Of a stretch of DNA of 64,000 bases, positions 8,710 to 19,437 are shown piece by piece. A model generated the notes under the pieces. It was not told where the DNA came from, did no database searches, and saw only the letters and a list, made by a program, of their open reading frames with translations. Each line of letters opens with the position of its first letter. The first letter of the stretch is position 1. Origin of the DNA: a virus. The position numbers were made by a program, and so were the translations under genes. The stretch lies in the IMG/VR virus record IMGVR_UViG_3300021959_007960, positions 64,001 to 128,000 of that record; one strand, given 5' to 3'.

Positions 8710-10093
8710 TATTTGCCAATTCCAATTTAGTTCTACCTTCTGTTATCTTCGCACACCAGCCCTTCATATTACAGTTTATGTAATCGTTATCGTCTAAACC
8801 TCCACCGTGTCTACTAATAATAGGAATGAGTTTTCTATTACCAGCAGAAGGTCCGTCTTCTGATATTTCTTCATCACTCTTTCTTTTAAAAATTGTAAAA
8901 TTACTACACAACCAAATAATTCTATCAGAGCCACTAGCTGTATCTGTACTTTCTTTAGTTATCCCATCACGGTTTAACTGTATAAAGGCAACAATAGGTA
9001 TTTTATATTTACTAGCAAAATTATGCAAACTAGTCATCATGAATCCTAAAAGCTGATATTCTTTCATATCGGCAGAAAGTCCTTGAGTATCCATTAATTT
9101 TAGATAGTCATAAAAAACTACGCAATCCTTCGCAGTCCCGTCATCGTTTAGACCTACTTCCTTTACTATCCATCTTTTCATAATAGATAACTGTTCGTCA
9201 AATGGTTTTCCTGCAATAGACTTATGATAAAAATTAGCATTTTTTAATTCCTCTGCTGCTTTATTCACTTTTTGTATGGAAGCATGTGAATCTGCAAACT
9301 TGCCAGTTTCTATTTTGTTCATTTCTATTTCTGTCATCATAGCTATAAGTCTGTTCATATGATCTTGTTTGGTCATTTCAGTGTCCATATTTAAAACCGG
9401 AATGCCTGACTTAGCTATGTTTAAACCCATGTTGTCTGACAATAAAGTTTTACCAGTTTTTGGTCTAGCAGCAATAACATTAATTGTACTTTTTCGCAAA
9501 CCTCCTCCAATTGATTGGTCGTATACTGGAAAGCCTGTAGGAATACCTACCTGATCTATAGGGTTTTCTTGTAATTCTTTTAAATAATCATCTAATCCTG
9601 TAGCCATTTGTTCTGGAGCAGTATCGTCGTTACTAATTAAGTTAGTAAAATCAAAAATCGGATCTTCTGCCAAAGAGATAATATGAGAAACACTTTCTGA
9701 ACCATTTATTCCATTGATATTTTTCTGAGCATTACCCAGTTGTTCTTTTAAAAGTCTTGCTATTTTTAGTTTGGCTATTTTAGTAGCAAACTTTTTTACA
9801 TTGTCTCGATGTATAGGAAAATTTAAAACAGCCTGCAGGTGGCTGAGTTCATCTTTTTTATTAAAAAAATCTTCATAACCTAATTCTTTTGCTTTAGATA
9901 AAATAGATGCTATATCTATTGCTGTTATGTTTTCTTCACAAAGGCTATGTAAACATTGAAAAATTAATTTATTACTATCTATAGTAAAACACTCAGCGTC
10001 CATAACGTCTGCAATTTCCAAATATATGCCATCTGCATATTTACATATGCCAGATAGTACTGCTCTTTCTGCTGCTGTGTCTTTTAACGACAT
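8645..10093 (-). CDS. dnaB: Replicative DNA helicase
   Basis: AAERAVL, GIPTGF, AARPKTGKT, TEM, DYLKLM, QLNR; start moved to MSLKD. Confidence 0.92.
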   Translation of the reverse strand: MSLKDTAAERAVLSGICKYADGIYLEIADVMDAECFTIDSNKLIFQCLHSLCEENITAIDIASILSKAKELGYEDFFNKKDELSHLQAVLNFPIHRDNVKKFATKIAKLKIARLLKEQLGNAQKNINGINGSESVSHIISLAEDPIFDFTNLISNDDTAPEQMATGLDDYLKELQENPIDQVGIPTGFPVYDQSIGGGLRKSTINVIAARPKTGKTLLSDNMGLNIAKSGIPVLNMDTEMTKQDHMNRLIAMMTEIEMNKIETGKFADSHASIQKVNKAAEELKNANFYHKSIAGKPFDEQLSIMKRWIVKEVGLNDDGTAKDCVVFYDYLKLMDTQGLSADMKEYQLLGFMMTSLHNFASKYKIPIVAFIQLNRDGITKESTDTASGSDRIIWLCSNFTIFKRKSDEEISEDGPSAGNRKLIPIISRHGGGLDDNDYINCNMKGWCAKITEGRTKLELANNDSNDTEGFVVDNDKDEIPFV

Positions 10094-10094
10094 A

Positions 10095-10484
10095 CTAACC
10101 CCCAATCCTTGAGCAAGCATTACATTTATAGCGAGAAGATTCTGTAACTAATACAGGATTTACTTTTTCTCTCTTACCACAAGAACGACATGTAACATCA
10201 ACACTATTGTACTTTCTGGTTCTTGGAGCAGGAGGTTTTACATTTAACTTTCTGTCTATTTCTACATCTTCTTTGTGCATACCTCTAATGTCCATACTCT
10301 CAAATTTATTTAGACTTGCTTTTTTTGTAGTTGTTGTGCTCTTTTTTCTGTTAGTTTTTGTTTTTTTACTAGTAGTTCTTTTTTTTCTAGTAGTCTTCTT
10401 AGGTGCTTCTTGGGGTTCGTCGTCATCAACCAAAGACCTTAAAAGATCTACAATTTGTTCTATGGTTTCTTTTTTATTGCTCAT
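10095..10484 (-). CDS. Basic hypothetical protein with C-terminal Zn ribbon
   Basis: K/T-rich tract; CRSC...CNAC. Confidence 0.7.
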   Translation of the reverse strand: MSNKKETIEQIVDLLRSLVDDDEPQEAPKKTTRKKRTTSKKTKTNRKKSTTTTKKASLNKFESMDIRGMHKEDVEIDRKLNVKPPAPRTRKYNSVDVTCRSCGKREKVNPVLVTESSRYKCNACSRIGG

Positions 10485-10956
10485 GTTTCAATTTACTCCT
10501 CTGAATATTTAGCAAGATATCTGATAGGTTTTTGATACTATTTGCTATATACTGCAATCTGTCAGATCTCATCTTAGCGTATTTTTTAATTTTGTTCAAT
10601 GAATTTGCACTATCATTATGCTTTATTGCTTGTGTTGATTTTTCAATATAGCCATATCCTTTGTATGTGTTTAGTTCATCTGCAATGACTTCTTTAATAT
10701 TCTCTTCAGCCCAATTACATCTTGCTAATTCTCTATTTATACTTCGTTGAATATGAAAACTAAACTGACCTAATCTATATGCTATCTCGCCACAATCTTG
10801 TGGTGTCATAGTTTCCAAAACTTTTCTGTCCATTGAAAAATAGTGTTCAAGTTCATCGTTAGAAAATTGCTGTCCTTGATAAACAGGAAGACCAATACCT
10901 TTTTCATATTCATCTAAAACGCTATCCCACTCTTTAACTTTTTCTTTAGTATTCAT
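10474..10956 (-). CDS. Hypothetical helical protein (possible recombination mediator)
   Basis: Coupled ORF between RecA and DnaB; function inferred from position only. Confidence 0.55.
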   Translation of the reverse strand: MNTKEKVKEWDSVLDEYEKGIGLPVYQGQQFSNDELEHYFSMDRKVLETMTPQDCGEIAYRLGQFSFHIQRSINRELARCNWAEENIKEVIADELNTYKGYGYIEKSTQAIKHNDSANSLNKIKKYAKMRSDRLQYIANSIKNLSDILLNIQRSKLKHEQ

Positions 10957-11353
10957 CTATTTTTTTTGTCCAATCGTCTAAATTTTCATTATAAGGTAGT
11001 TCAACATATGTAATATTATTTTGCTCACACCATTCTTTTTTTTCGTTATCTCTTTTCTTCGCCTTCAAAAAATTTAATTTAGTAGTATGATAAAAAGGAA
11101 TAAACTTATAATGTTGTTCCCCATGTACTTCGACACAAGTTTTTATGAGAGGTAAATAAAAATCCAAATACATAACTTCTTTAGGTCTAACTGGTATAGA
11201 TACTTCTTCTAAAATTTGAAGGGTAGGAAATAGTTCATGTAATAATTGTCTAGCACGAATATGATATGTAGATTTATTAGTAGCTGTAGCCTTAGAGATA
11301 TATCCCTTTAGATTCCATTGTTTAGTATTATTATCTAAATCTACGATATTCAT
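10946..11353 (-). CDS. Vsr/DUF559-like endonuclease
   Basis: LDFYLP...VEVHGEQHY...RDNEKKEWC...YVELPY. Confidence 0.75.
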   Translation of the reverse strand: MNIVDLDNNTKQWNLKGYISKATATNKSTYHIRARQLLHELFPTLQILEEVSIPVRPKEVMYLDFYLPLIKTCVEVHGEQHYKFIPFYHTTKLNFLKAKKRDNEKKEWCEQNNITYVELPYNENLDDWTKKIDEY

Positions 11354-12420
11354 TATATTCCTAACGCATCACTGACTTCTGATATTAAATTGTTATAAAC
11401 TTCAGGATTGTTTACCATAAAATCTCTAGCCTTTTCGGAACCTTGAAACTTAGGTGTTTCATCTATACTAGTAAAAGTATACCAAGCACCACCTTTACTA
11501 ATAATGCCAATGTCTACTGCAAGATTAAATAATTCCATATATTTATCCAAACCTTCTCCATATCTAATATAGCTTGTGGTTGTTGCTCCCGGAGGGCCTA
11601 GAGCAGAACATACCACTTGCCATTCCACTTCTTGTCCAATTTGATTGTTTTCTTTACCTAAAAGCCAAGGACTAAATCTTTTTGCTCGTAACTTAATATC
11701 GGTTTGGTATGCAATAGCTTGTCCAGATTTTTCTTTAAACTCCGCACCATACCCTGTAGGATTTCCCATTAGATGAGTAATACCTATCACAATATTTTTA
11801 TTAACAGGAATAACATTTGCAACTTTCCTACAAAATTTTGCTAATAACTTTGCCCCATCTGCTCTTTGCATTTTATTCATATCTGACGTAATTTCTGCTT
11901 CAGTACATAGTGCAGAATAGGAGTCTATAATTACAATACTTCCCGGTTCTTGGTTAATAATTCTTTCTGCAATCTGGAGATATTCTTCTGCATGTAAAAT
12001 CTTACCTTGAGTAGAGCCTATCAAAGTAAACCTATTCAAGTCCAAACCTTTAATGCCTTCTATATCTCTTTTCTTTAGTCTTCCTTCTATATTTAAATAG
12101 TATACATGTCTTGGTTTTTCTAGATTGCCTTGATACTTAGGGTCTAATGCGGTAGCTGCCAAACTTAATGATGTAACAGTTTTACCACACTTAGGCTGTC
12201 CTGTCAATACTACAAAACTACCTTCTGGAACACCTCCGTTTAGTATCATGTCTAATGATGGACTTAAAGGAATAACAATAGTTTGCTTTTCCTTAATAGC
12301 ACTACCAGACATTAAAATATCTTCACCAAACGTTTTCTTTAAGTCTGTAGCTAAAGCAGTATTGATAGAGGGAACAGACAGTGCTGTTGATTTTTTAGTA
12401 CTAAGTGCCTTACTCGCCAT
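11353..12420 (-). CDS. recA: RecA/UvsX-like recombinase
   Basis: SLDMILNGGVP, GQPKCGKT, IIDSYSAL, GGAWY, KFQG. Confidence 0.9.
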   Translation of the reverse strand: MASKALSTKKSTALSVPSINTALATDLKKTFGEDILMSGSAIKEKQTIVIPLSPSLDMILNGGVPEGSFVVLTGQPKCGKTVTSLSLAATALDPKYQGNLEKPRHVYYLNIEGRLKKRDIEGIKGLDLNRFTLIGSTQGKILHAEEYLQIAERIINQEPGSIVIIDSYSALCTEAEITSDMNKMQRADGAKLLAKFCRKVANVIPVNKNIVIGITHLMGNPTGYGAEFKEKSGQAIAYQTDIKLRAKRFSPWLLGKENNQIGQEVEWQVVCSALGPPGATTTSYIRYGEGLDKYMELFNLAVDIGIISKGGAWYTFTSIDETPKFQGSEKARDFMVNNPEVYNNLISEVSDALGI

Positions 12421-12835
12421 TGTCTAAGTCCTTTATTTTAGAAATAATACTTTTTTTGTTTTTATTTGTAGCAAATTTTTTGATAGTTTTTCGTTCATAG
12501 CTATTGTTTAAATCTGTATTTTCTATTAATAGCTTATCTTCTTCACTCTCTATTATAGCAATAAGATGTGGAGCCCTCAAGGAATAAATTCTAGAACTTT
12601 TCGGATTATTTAAAGCTCTGATGATAGCTTTAGAATTATACTTTTTAAGTAATTTATTTGCAGTTCCTATTTGATTTCTGTAATAAGCCGACCATGTTTT
12701 ATGAGTCCAGAATCTATAATGTAAATCTAGCTTATTTTTTTGAGCATAATGTTCACATATAATCTCAGTAATATATTGTGCAGCAGTTACTTGTTTATCA
12801 TTAGAATATTTTGAAATATATTGTTGCTGTTTCAT
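12410..12835 (-). CDS. Hypothetical protein
   Basis: Coupled ORF in operon. Confidence 0.65.
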   Translation of the reverse strand: MKQQQYISKYSNDKQVTAAQYITEIICEHYAQKNKLDLHYRFWTHKTWSAYYRNQIGTANKLLKKYNSKAIIRALNNPKSSRIYSLRAPHLIAIIESEEDKLLIENTDLNNSYERKTIKKFATNKNKKSIISKIKDLDNGE

Positions 12836-13164
12836 TCTGTGATTTTAAAAATGTTTTTATTATGCTTATGTTCTGTAAATGCTGGATGTTTCTTATTTGC
12901 GTCGTTTACTTCTGATGCTTCCTTAGTCATAACAGCGACTTGGTTATTATTCTTGCTGTTGGTATGTCTGATCATTAAATCCTTAGAATTTACTGGGCCA
13001 GATTTAACATCTGTTGTTTTCTCTTTTGTCGCTACAGAATTTTTAGCTACAAAATTGCTGACTGTTTTTTCAGGAAGTTTTAATTCTTTAACAATTTCTG
13101 GCACAGACTTATCGTTGTGCATTAGCCACTGAATTGCATATTTTTGTGTGTTATTTAATCTCAT
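12832..13164 (-). CDS. Hypothetical protein, N-terminal HTH-like
   Basis: SVPEIVKELKLPEKTV resembles an HTH. Confidence 0.55.
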   Translation of the reverse strand: MRLNNTQKYAIQWLMHNDKSVPEIVKELKLPEKTVSNFVAKNSVATKEKTTDVKSGPVNSKDLMIRHTNSKNNNQVAVMTKEASEVNDANKKHPAFTEHKHNKNIFKITE

Positions 13165-13559
13165 GATAGTTCCCTGTTAGTATTATTAAGCCATGCAATA
13201 TTTTTGGTCCTCAAAAAAGATAGATAAAGTTCAAAAACTCTTTGATTAACTTTTTTGTAGTTAAATTCATTTTTACCTATTTTAGACAAGACTTTATTAT
13301 GTTGACCTTCTGAAAACAAACCAATAGGATTATGTGCTCTATTATCTAATCCTACTTTAATAAAAAACTTACCATCTATTGTCTTTGCAAAAGTATTATC
13401 GTGTTCTTCGTTTTGTCTTGTATTACCTTCATCATCAATATAGTCTTGATTCCCTACAGCAGTATAATACATACCTTCTTTTTGTTTTGTTGCAGACTCA
13501 TTGTCTTTTGTTTTATTTACAATAAATTGGTCAAAATTATCAGTCATAATTATCTCCAC
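13161..13559 (-). CDS. Hypothetical protein
   Basis: Coupled ORF. Confidence 0.65.
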   Translation of the reverse strand: MEIIMTDNFDQFIVNKTKDNESATKQKEGMYYTAVGNQDYIDDEGNTRQNEEHDNTFAKTIDGKFFIKVGLDNRAHNPIGLFSEGQHNKVLSKIGKNEFNYKKVNQRVFELYLSFLRTKNIAWLNNTNRELS

Positions 13560-13891
13560 TTAATTTTCTTTTGAGGTTTTTTCATTCTCGACATACCTTT
13601 TGGTAATTCTTTAACCAAATCCTGATCTTTATATTCATTATGCTTTTTATCTAATGCAATCTTTTGGTCATCTGATAAATTGTCTCTGTTTCTATTAGCT
13701 AAATCTCCAATGGTTTTGAGTTCACTATCAGCTTTTTTAACAGATGCAGACTGCGTTAAGATATCATCGTAATCTCTTTGACAGGTTTTCTTACAGTCTG
13801 GACATCTCACCCTTTCTTTATACTTGCTAATATAAAAAAACTTTTCGAAAGTTATATCGCACTTAGGACAAAAATAACTATAATTAGGCAT
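13550..13891 (-). CDS. FmdB-family Zn-ribbon regulatory protein
   Basis: MPNYSYFCPKC...FE...CPDC. Confidence 0.8.
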   Translation of the reverse strand: MPNYSYFCPKCDITFEKFFYISKYKERVRCPDCKKTCQRDYDDILTQSASVKKADSELKTIGDLANRNRDNLSDDQKIALDKKHNEYKDQDLVKELPKGMSRMKKPQKKIKWR

Positions 13892-13931
13892 CAGATATAA
13901 TATCTCCCATTTCTCAGTATCCTTTGGTCTA

Positions 13932-13962
13932 CTATAGTATGCAGCTGACAGGCGAATGGCAA
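13932..13962 (-). promoter_or_regulatory. sigma70-type promoter
   Basis: TTGCCA-17nt-TACTAT upstream of the FmdB-like gene. Confidence 0.55.
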
Positions 13963-13966
13963 GGGT

Positions 13967-14677
13967 TCATTTTAATTTATTAACAATGTCAGCTATAATA
14001 GGATTTCTGACAATATCAACAGGTTCTAGATATGAAAAACCTATATGATATGTATCTTGTAATCTATCTATTACAGTTTTAAAACCACCTTGTTTTCTAA
14101 ATTCTAGATCAGACTGTTCTACATCTCCAGTTAAGACCATTTTACTATCCATGCCGATACGTGTCAATAGCATTTTTAATTGATCGTAAGAAGCATTTTG
14201 GCATTCATCAGCAACAATAAAAGAGTTGTGAAAACTTCTACCCCTCATAAGACCTAGAGGTACAATTTCTACTTGACGAGTATGAACTAATTTACTATAA
14301 TGTTCTTTTTTTAGAAAGTAATTAATTTCATCAAATAATGGTAATAAATAAGGGTGTAATTTTTCTTCTGCTGTTCCCGGTAAAAAACCTAGTTTTTCTC
14401 CAGCCTCTACAACAGGTCTAGTAATTACTACTTTTTCTACCTTTCCATGTATCAAATGTTCAAAGGCCATACCTACAGCTATATGAGTTTTACCACTTCC
14501 AGCAACACCTTGACAGAAAGTGATCGTATTTTCTGCAACAGCTCTAATATAGTCTTTCTGATTGTTGCTTCTAGGCTTTAATCTATTTTTAAAACCTATA
14601 CCCACATCTTCTATATTATCAATACTATGTTTATCTCCCTGTATATGTATGGTTCCTTTTTTATTTTTTTTTCTCAA
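13967..14677 (-). CDS. phoH: PhoH family ATPase
   Basis: GVAGSGKT, TRPVVEAGEKLGFLPG, MRGRSF, DECQN, LTRIG, VRNP; probable TTG start at 14677. Confidence 0.95.
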   Translation of the reverse strand: MRKKNKKGTIHIQGDKHSIDNIEDVGIGFKNRLKPRSNNQKDYIRAVAENTITFCQGVAGSGKTHIAVGMAFEHLIHGKVEKVVITRPVVEAGEKLGFLPGTAEEKLHPYLLPLFDEINYFLKKEHYSKLVHTRQVEIVPLGLMRGRSFHNSFIVADECQNASYDQLKMLLTRIGMDSKMVLTGDVEQSDLEFRKQGGFKTVIDRLQDTYHIGFSYLEPVDIVRNPIIADIVNKLK

Positions 14678-14703
14678 AATTATACCCCTTTTTAGGATAA
14701 AGA

Positions 14704-16899
14704 CTAAATCAGACAAGCGCCACCGGCACAACTAATTTCTTCTATTCCTACGGTATTGTCTTCAGTTTCCAGTAGTTGTGTGTAATCAACCTTTTTAAAA
14801 CTATCATAAAGATCCATATAAAATTTCCAGTTATAGACATCTTTCATACAGTATGTTAAACGCCTTAAATCTCCATCAAAATACTTTTTAGCAAATCTAT
14901 TCATTTTTGTAGCAAAAAGTTTTTTAGCTTCTGAGTCTTCTTCAGTTGCTTGTTCAAGAGTCATATAATCACAAGCTGCCCAAAGATTTAAATGGAAAGC
15001 ATTTAGGCCTAATTCAATTAAACCAGAACACCACAAAGCAGCATCTCCATATTCTTTTACTATTTCTCTACTAGTATAAACTGTAGTAAAAGGAGCCTGA
15101 GGATAGTCTTTATCTCCACTTTGAGGAATAAGACTAATACCAGCAAAAAACTTTCTATTATTATAAATAAATTTAGTTACATCTTCCCACTCGTCTGGTT
15201 GTACTGTAACAGTATTACTTACATTATGACTTAAAAAATCTTGTGTACAGAGGGATCTGTTTTTACCAGAATGCACCCAGTTTTTTTGAGCGTCTTTCAC
15301 AACACCTAACATAGCTACGGCAGGTAATTGATTTTTTAATTTAGAGCCATCAGGAACTTCTATAGGGAATTTTACTACCTCATCTGTATTATTAGCAGAC
15401 CAAGCAGATTTTTCACAGGCTTGTGGATTATAGTTTTTAAAATGCTGATATGGAGCTTCTAAAACATTAGCTTGTACATGTCTAATATATCGTTTAGCAT
15501 GATGCGGATGTATGCCCGAACTAGTTCCTAACATACTACTACTTGTTCCTTCTGGCTTGAGACAAGTAACTCTAGCAGCTTGATTGATATTAATTTTTTT
15601 AGACAATTCTTTATTTGTAGAGACAGCAATCTTTGCCCCATTTTTTAATACTTTTTCTGTTAGTACTAGTTCATGTTTTTCCATAATGCCTGTGAGACTT
15701 ACCCCTAGAAGTGCTTCACGATCAAAGATAGACTTGCTTACTTCTCCTAAGTAATCTAATTGTGTGAAACCAGCCTGTAAAGTACCTATGATTGCAGCAG
15801 CTTTACATCTTTCATAGAAATCCTCTTCATCTACTACAGAAGAACAATTAATAGTAGAAAGATTACAACCTTGCCATCCTGACTTACCAGATTTTTCATC
15901 TACAGGCCACATCCCAACTTCCACACAAGGATTAAAAGTCATTTCAGTAGAGTCACTCCAGATAAAACCTGGCTCACCAAATTGTTTAACTGATTCCATT
16001 AGTACTTGAAACTGTTCATATGTCGTATCATCTTTTATCAATAAAGCTGAGTTATTACTTCTGGCTCTTTGAGGATTATCTACATACCAATTCCCTGTTT
16101 TAGCTTTAGCCATTTCTTCATCGTCTGCACTAAATAATGCTAACGATGCGCTTCTACGAACACCACCAGATAATACAGCATCGCTTGAGTGCATAATAAT
16201 ATCATAAGCATCAATAGGCCTGAGTTTTTTTTGTTTGTTTTCAACGCACTTCTCCAATAATTCTCTAATTTTTTCTAAACCATTTTGTAAAGGCTCAAAG
16301 CCCGGAGCTTTGCCCACACCAGAAGATAATTGAGCGCCTTTTTCTCTAATGTTACTATAATCAAAAACAATGTGTTGATTTTTATATTCTTTGAATTTAT
16401 CTTCAGATGGCTTATTAAAATAAGAACTAAGCAAAACACCTAAAGCATCAGCCCAGCCCTCAATACTATCTTCTATAACATACTTTATACCACGTTTAGG
16501 TTTAGCTTCATGAGATAAAGTAGGCAGTTTAGCAACATGGTGTTTTTGGACACTAAATCCTGTACCGCTTCCGCACAACAACAACCAGAAGCACTCTTGG
16601 AAAAATCTTAATCTATCGCAATATGAACTAGTACAATTATATATTTTAGCATGTCTTTTTAATATAGGATCTCCACCAAACTGCAAGGCTCTTTGACTAC
16701 CTAGTACTCTTTTTTTAAACATTAAATCATAAGCCCAATCAATTTCTTCGGCAATATTGTCTTCAGAATATTGAGTATGCATCATATTTTTAACACGATC
16801 TACTGCTTCTTTCCATGTTTCTCTTCTATTTTCACTCTCTATCCAACGGGCATACTTACTAACAAATGTATAATTCTGTAATTCATTTAATGCCGACAT
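14704..16899 (-). CDS. nrdJ: Class II (adenosylcobalamin) monomeric ribonucleotide reductase
   Basis: GGVRRSA, NPCVE, CNL, KPEGT, C-terminal CAGGAC. Confidence 0.9.
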   Translation of the reverse strand: MSALNELQNYTFVSKYARWIESENRRETWKEAVDRVKNMMHTQYSEDNIAEEIDWAYDLMFKKRVLGSQRALQFGGDPILKRHAKIYNCTSSYCDRLRFFQECFWLLLCGSGTGFSVQKHHVAKLPTLSHEAKPKRGIKYVIEDSIEGWADALGVLLSSYFNKPSEDKFKEYKNQHIVFDYSNIREKGAQLSSGVGKAPGFEPLQNGLEKIRELLEKCVENKQKKLRPIDAYDIIMHSSDAVLSGGVRRSASLALFSADDEEMAKAKTGNWYVDNPQRARSNNSALLIKDDTTYEQFQVLMESVKQFGEPGFIWSDSTEMTFNPCVEVGMWPVDEKSGKSGWQGCNLSTINCSSVVDEEDFYERCKAAAIIGTLQAGFTQLDYLGEVSKSIFDREALLGVSLTGIMEKHELVLTEKVLKNGAKIAVSTNKELSKKININQAARVTCLKPEGTSSSMLGTSSGIHPHHAKRYIRHVQANVLEAPYQHFKNYNPQACEKSAWSANNTDEVVKFPIEVPDGSKLKNQLPAVAMLGVVKDAQKNWVHSGKNRSLCTQDFLSHNVSNTVTVQPDEWEDVTKFIYNNRKFFAGISLIPQSGDKDYPQAPFTTVYTSREIVKEYGDAALWCSGLIELGLNAFHLNLWAACDYMTLEQATEEDSEAKKLFATKMNRFAKKYFDGDLRRLTYCMKDVYNWKFYMDLYDSFKKVDYTQLLETEDNTVGIEEISCAGGACLI

Positions 16900-17075
16900 A
16901 CTTGCACACTCCTTGAAAAATCTCTTGAAAAAGCCCTTTGGAAGAAAATATTGAAGTCATAAACATATGATAGCGTTCCGTTTATGTTTGGCAAGGGCTA
17001 GAGGAAAAATAGTTAATTTGGATAACTTAATATTACACCTGATAGAATTAGCATGAGAAAAAGTTTTTATAATTT

Positions 17076-17537
17076 TTAAATATCAATTTCTTTTATCCAA
17101 GAAATATTTGGTGTAGCATAAACAACCTGCATACCGCTTTGTTTTACGAAAAAATCAAAATTGTGTTTTTCTTTATCGTTAAATAATTTTGTTCCATGAG
17201 AGTTTGCCATAATGACTTTGGTCACGCCTTCTTGCCACAAAGATAAAATACAATCGTTACAACACTGCCCTGTGACATAAGCTATTCCGTTGTCTGGTCG
17301 GATAACGCAATTACTTAAAGCATTTCTTTCTGCGTGTATCATCCAATCGTATTTTTCTGGTCTAGAAGTTGGCAACAAAGAATCATTCATACCTTTAGGA
17401 AAACCATTATATCCTACACCTAATATTATATGGTTTTGGTCTGTGATCACACAACCATGTTGAGTATGAATATCATGACTACGTTGTGAAATAACTTTTG
17501 CAAGTCCTAAAAAATAGTCTGTCCACTCTGGTCTCAT
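17076..17537 (-). CDS. dCMP deaminase
   Basis: GYNG, HAERNAL, CCNDC Zn motif. Confidence 0.9.
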   Translation of the reverse strand: MRPEWTDYFLGLAKVISQRSHDIHTQHGCVITDQNHIILGVGYNGFPKGMNDSLLPTSRPEKYDWMIHAERNALSNCVIRPDNGIAYVTGQCCNDCILSLWQEGVTKVIMANSHGTKLFNDKEKHNFDFFVKQSGMQVVYATPNISWIKEIDI

Positions 17538-18340
17538 CTAAAATCATATCCTTTAATATTATTGTATTCTTCTAATATTTTTATAGCTTGCAACCTAGAG
17601 CAACGTTCCCCATCATTATGTAAAAGATGAGAAACGTCTTCAACTGATCTTAATGTAGAATCTGGTTTACAAAATATTCCATTATGGTAATGGATAAGAA
17701 ATGGAGGTTTTAAATTTTTTAACACCGTTTCATTTGGTACTCTGCTTAATAAAGGATGATAGATAGGCAGCTTAACTAACCTAGCTGTTATCATCAGATC
17801 GCTAAATTTATGAGCAAGTCTTTCATCTGGATGCGTATTTATAATTTTTGCTAAAGTTTTAGGTTCATATCCTCCTGTTTGAACCTCAAAAAAAGTATCT
17901 AATGTTTTTCTACCTCCCCAAGTATTCAATTTACCCACAGACGAACACCCTGACAGTCTAAAATTTTCATCTGGAATGTCATTGTCTGGAACAAATCCAT
18001 AATTTATTACATCATAGTCTGCCCAGTAGATAAAACCATTCTCTTTGGCAAACTTATAGTAAGCTAACCATCTCATATAGCAAGCTCTCGTATACTCGCA
18101 ATCAAAGTCAAGACTATACTTACATAAAATTGATTCTGAGAAATTATCAAATTTTAAATCAGTATAATATTTTTCATCTTTGATATAATCTTCTGTCAAT
18201 ACATGAGCTTTCCATCCGTTGCTCTCCCAGCTTTGTTTCCAGTATTGAATTAATGGAAAACATTGTTCCGTAAATTTTTTTGTACAATGATTGTTTGTTA
18301 GCTCAGTATAAAAACATGCTACTTTATTGGTTTTACTCAT
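17534..18340 (-). CDS. Putative GT-A glycosyltransferase-like protein
   Basis: CYMRWLAY, ADYDV (DxD). Confidence 0.5.
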   Translation of the reverse strand: MSKTNKVACFYTELTNNHCTKKFTEQCFPLIQYWKQSWESNGWKAHVLTEDYIKDEKYYTDLKFDNFSESILCKYSLDFDCEYTRACYMRWLAYYKFAKENGFIYWADYDVINYGFVPDNDIPDENFRLSGCSSVGKLNTWGGRKTLDTFFEVQTGGYEPKTLAKIINTHPDERLAHKFSDLMITARLVKLPIYHPLLSRVPNETVLKNLKPPFLIHYHNGIFCKPDSTLRSVEDVSHLLHNDGERCSRLQAIKILEEYNNIKGYDFR

Positions 18341-19437
18341 AAGAAATTTTTGTCCTGAGTTTCTTCTGGATGATTAATAAAATCTAGTAACTTGTTTGGT
18401 TCACACAACTTACAACACATCTGACATTTTTCTTTATAGTTCAAAGACCTAACATATTTTATAGCCTCTTTCCGTTGTTCTGAGTACCAAATATCTTTAA
18501 ATGAATCTGTATTAATATTGCCAAAAGATAATTTAGGATCATCAGGATGATACGTACAAACTTTGACATCTCCTGCCGCTGTTAGTATTGGTTCAAAAAA
18601 ATGACCTTCACAACTTCTAAATGAAAAGGCTGTACCGTTTTTCAAGTCTCTTCTTTTGTCATCGCTGAGATTAATCTTAGCCATTTGTTTTTGAGGAAGA
18701 TTATCTAGGTAATCCCAAACCTCTAAATTTATCTCTGCTGTACCAGTTTCTTTGTATGCTGTTTCTGCTTCTTTATAAAACCTGGGAAGTATAGGCCTAA
18801 ATTGTAAATAACATATATTATCACTATTATTAACCCAATTCACTAGATCTTTAGCATGTTGAAGAGTGATATTAGGGCCAACATTACAATTAATACCAAT
18901 ATTACAGCTGCCCATTCCATGCATTGTTTCAATATTTTTTTTAATAATTCTGACACCATCTACCTCTTTCCATTCTTTGTATTTGTCTTCATCCAAAGTA
19001 TCAAGAGATATACGAATCCATTGGAAATTTTCTGCAATCAATCTACAGTACTTGTTTTTGAATACGGCATTAGTCATCATTCCTAGTTCTAATCCAGCCT
19101 CTTTTGCTGAAACAACAGCTTCTTCAAAGTCAGGATAAAACGTAGGTTCCCCTTGACCAGCAAATGTTACTGCTTTCCCTCCCATATCAGCAAAATCTAT
19201 AAAATATTGTTTAAGAGCATTTATACTAATATGTAGTCCTGCCTTATTATCTCTTCCCAATTCTGTAATGCACCAATAGCAAGCCATGTTACACTTATCC
19301 GTTAATCCTATCTCCATAAAAATAGGACAATCAGTATCTCCATTAGTTTGATACTGGTGTAATTTATCTAGATGCAATAACATCTTAGCTTGTGTAGCAA
19401 AGGGATTGTCTCCAGAAAATAAAGTATAATTATTCAT
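18337..19437 (-). CDS. Radical SAM/SPASM (twitch) protein
   Basis: CNMACYWC, GQGEP, C-terminal C..GDV..C...CQMCC. Confidence 0.92.
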   Translation of the reverse strand: MNNYTLFSGDNPFATQAKMLLHLDKLHQYQTNGDTDCPIFMEIGLTDKCNMACYWCITELGRDNKAGLHISINALKQYFIDFADMGGKAVTFAGQGEPTFYPDFEEAVVSAKEAGLELGMMTNAVFKNKYCRLIAENFQWIRISLDTLDEDKYKEWKEVDGVRIIKKNIETMHGMGSCNIGINCNVGPNITLQHAKDLVNWVNNSDNICYLQFRPILPRFYKEAETAYKETGTAEINLEVWDYLDNLPQKQMAKINLSDDKRRDLKNGTAFSFRSCEGHFFEPILTAAGDVKVCTYHPDDPKLSFGNINTDSFKDIWYSEQRKEAIKYVRSLNYKEKCQMCCKLCEPNKLLDFINHPEETQDKNFL

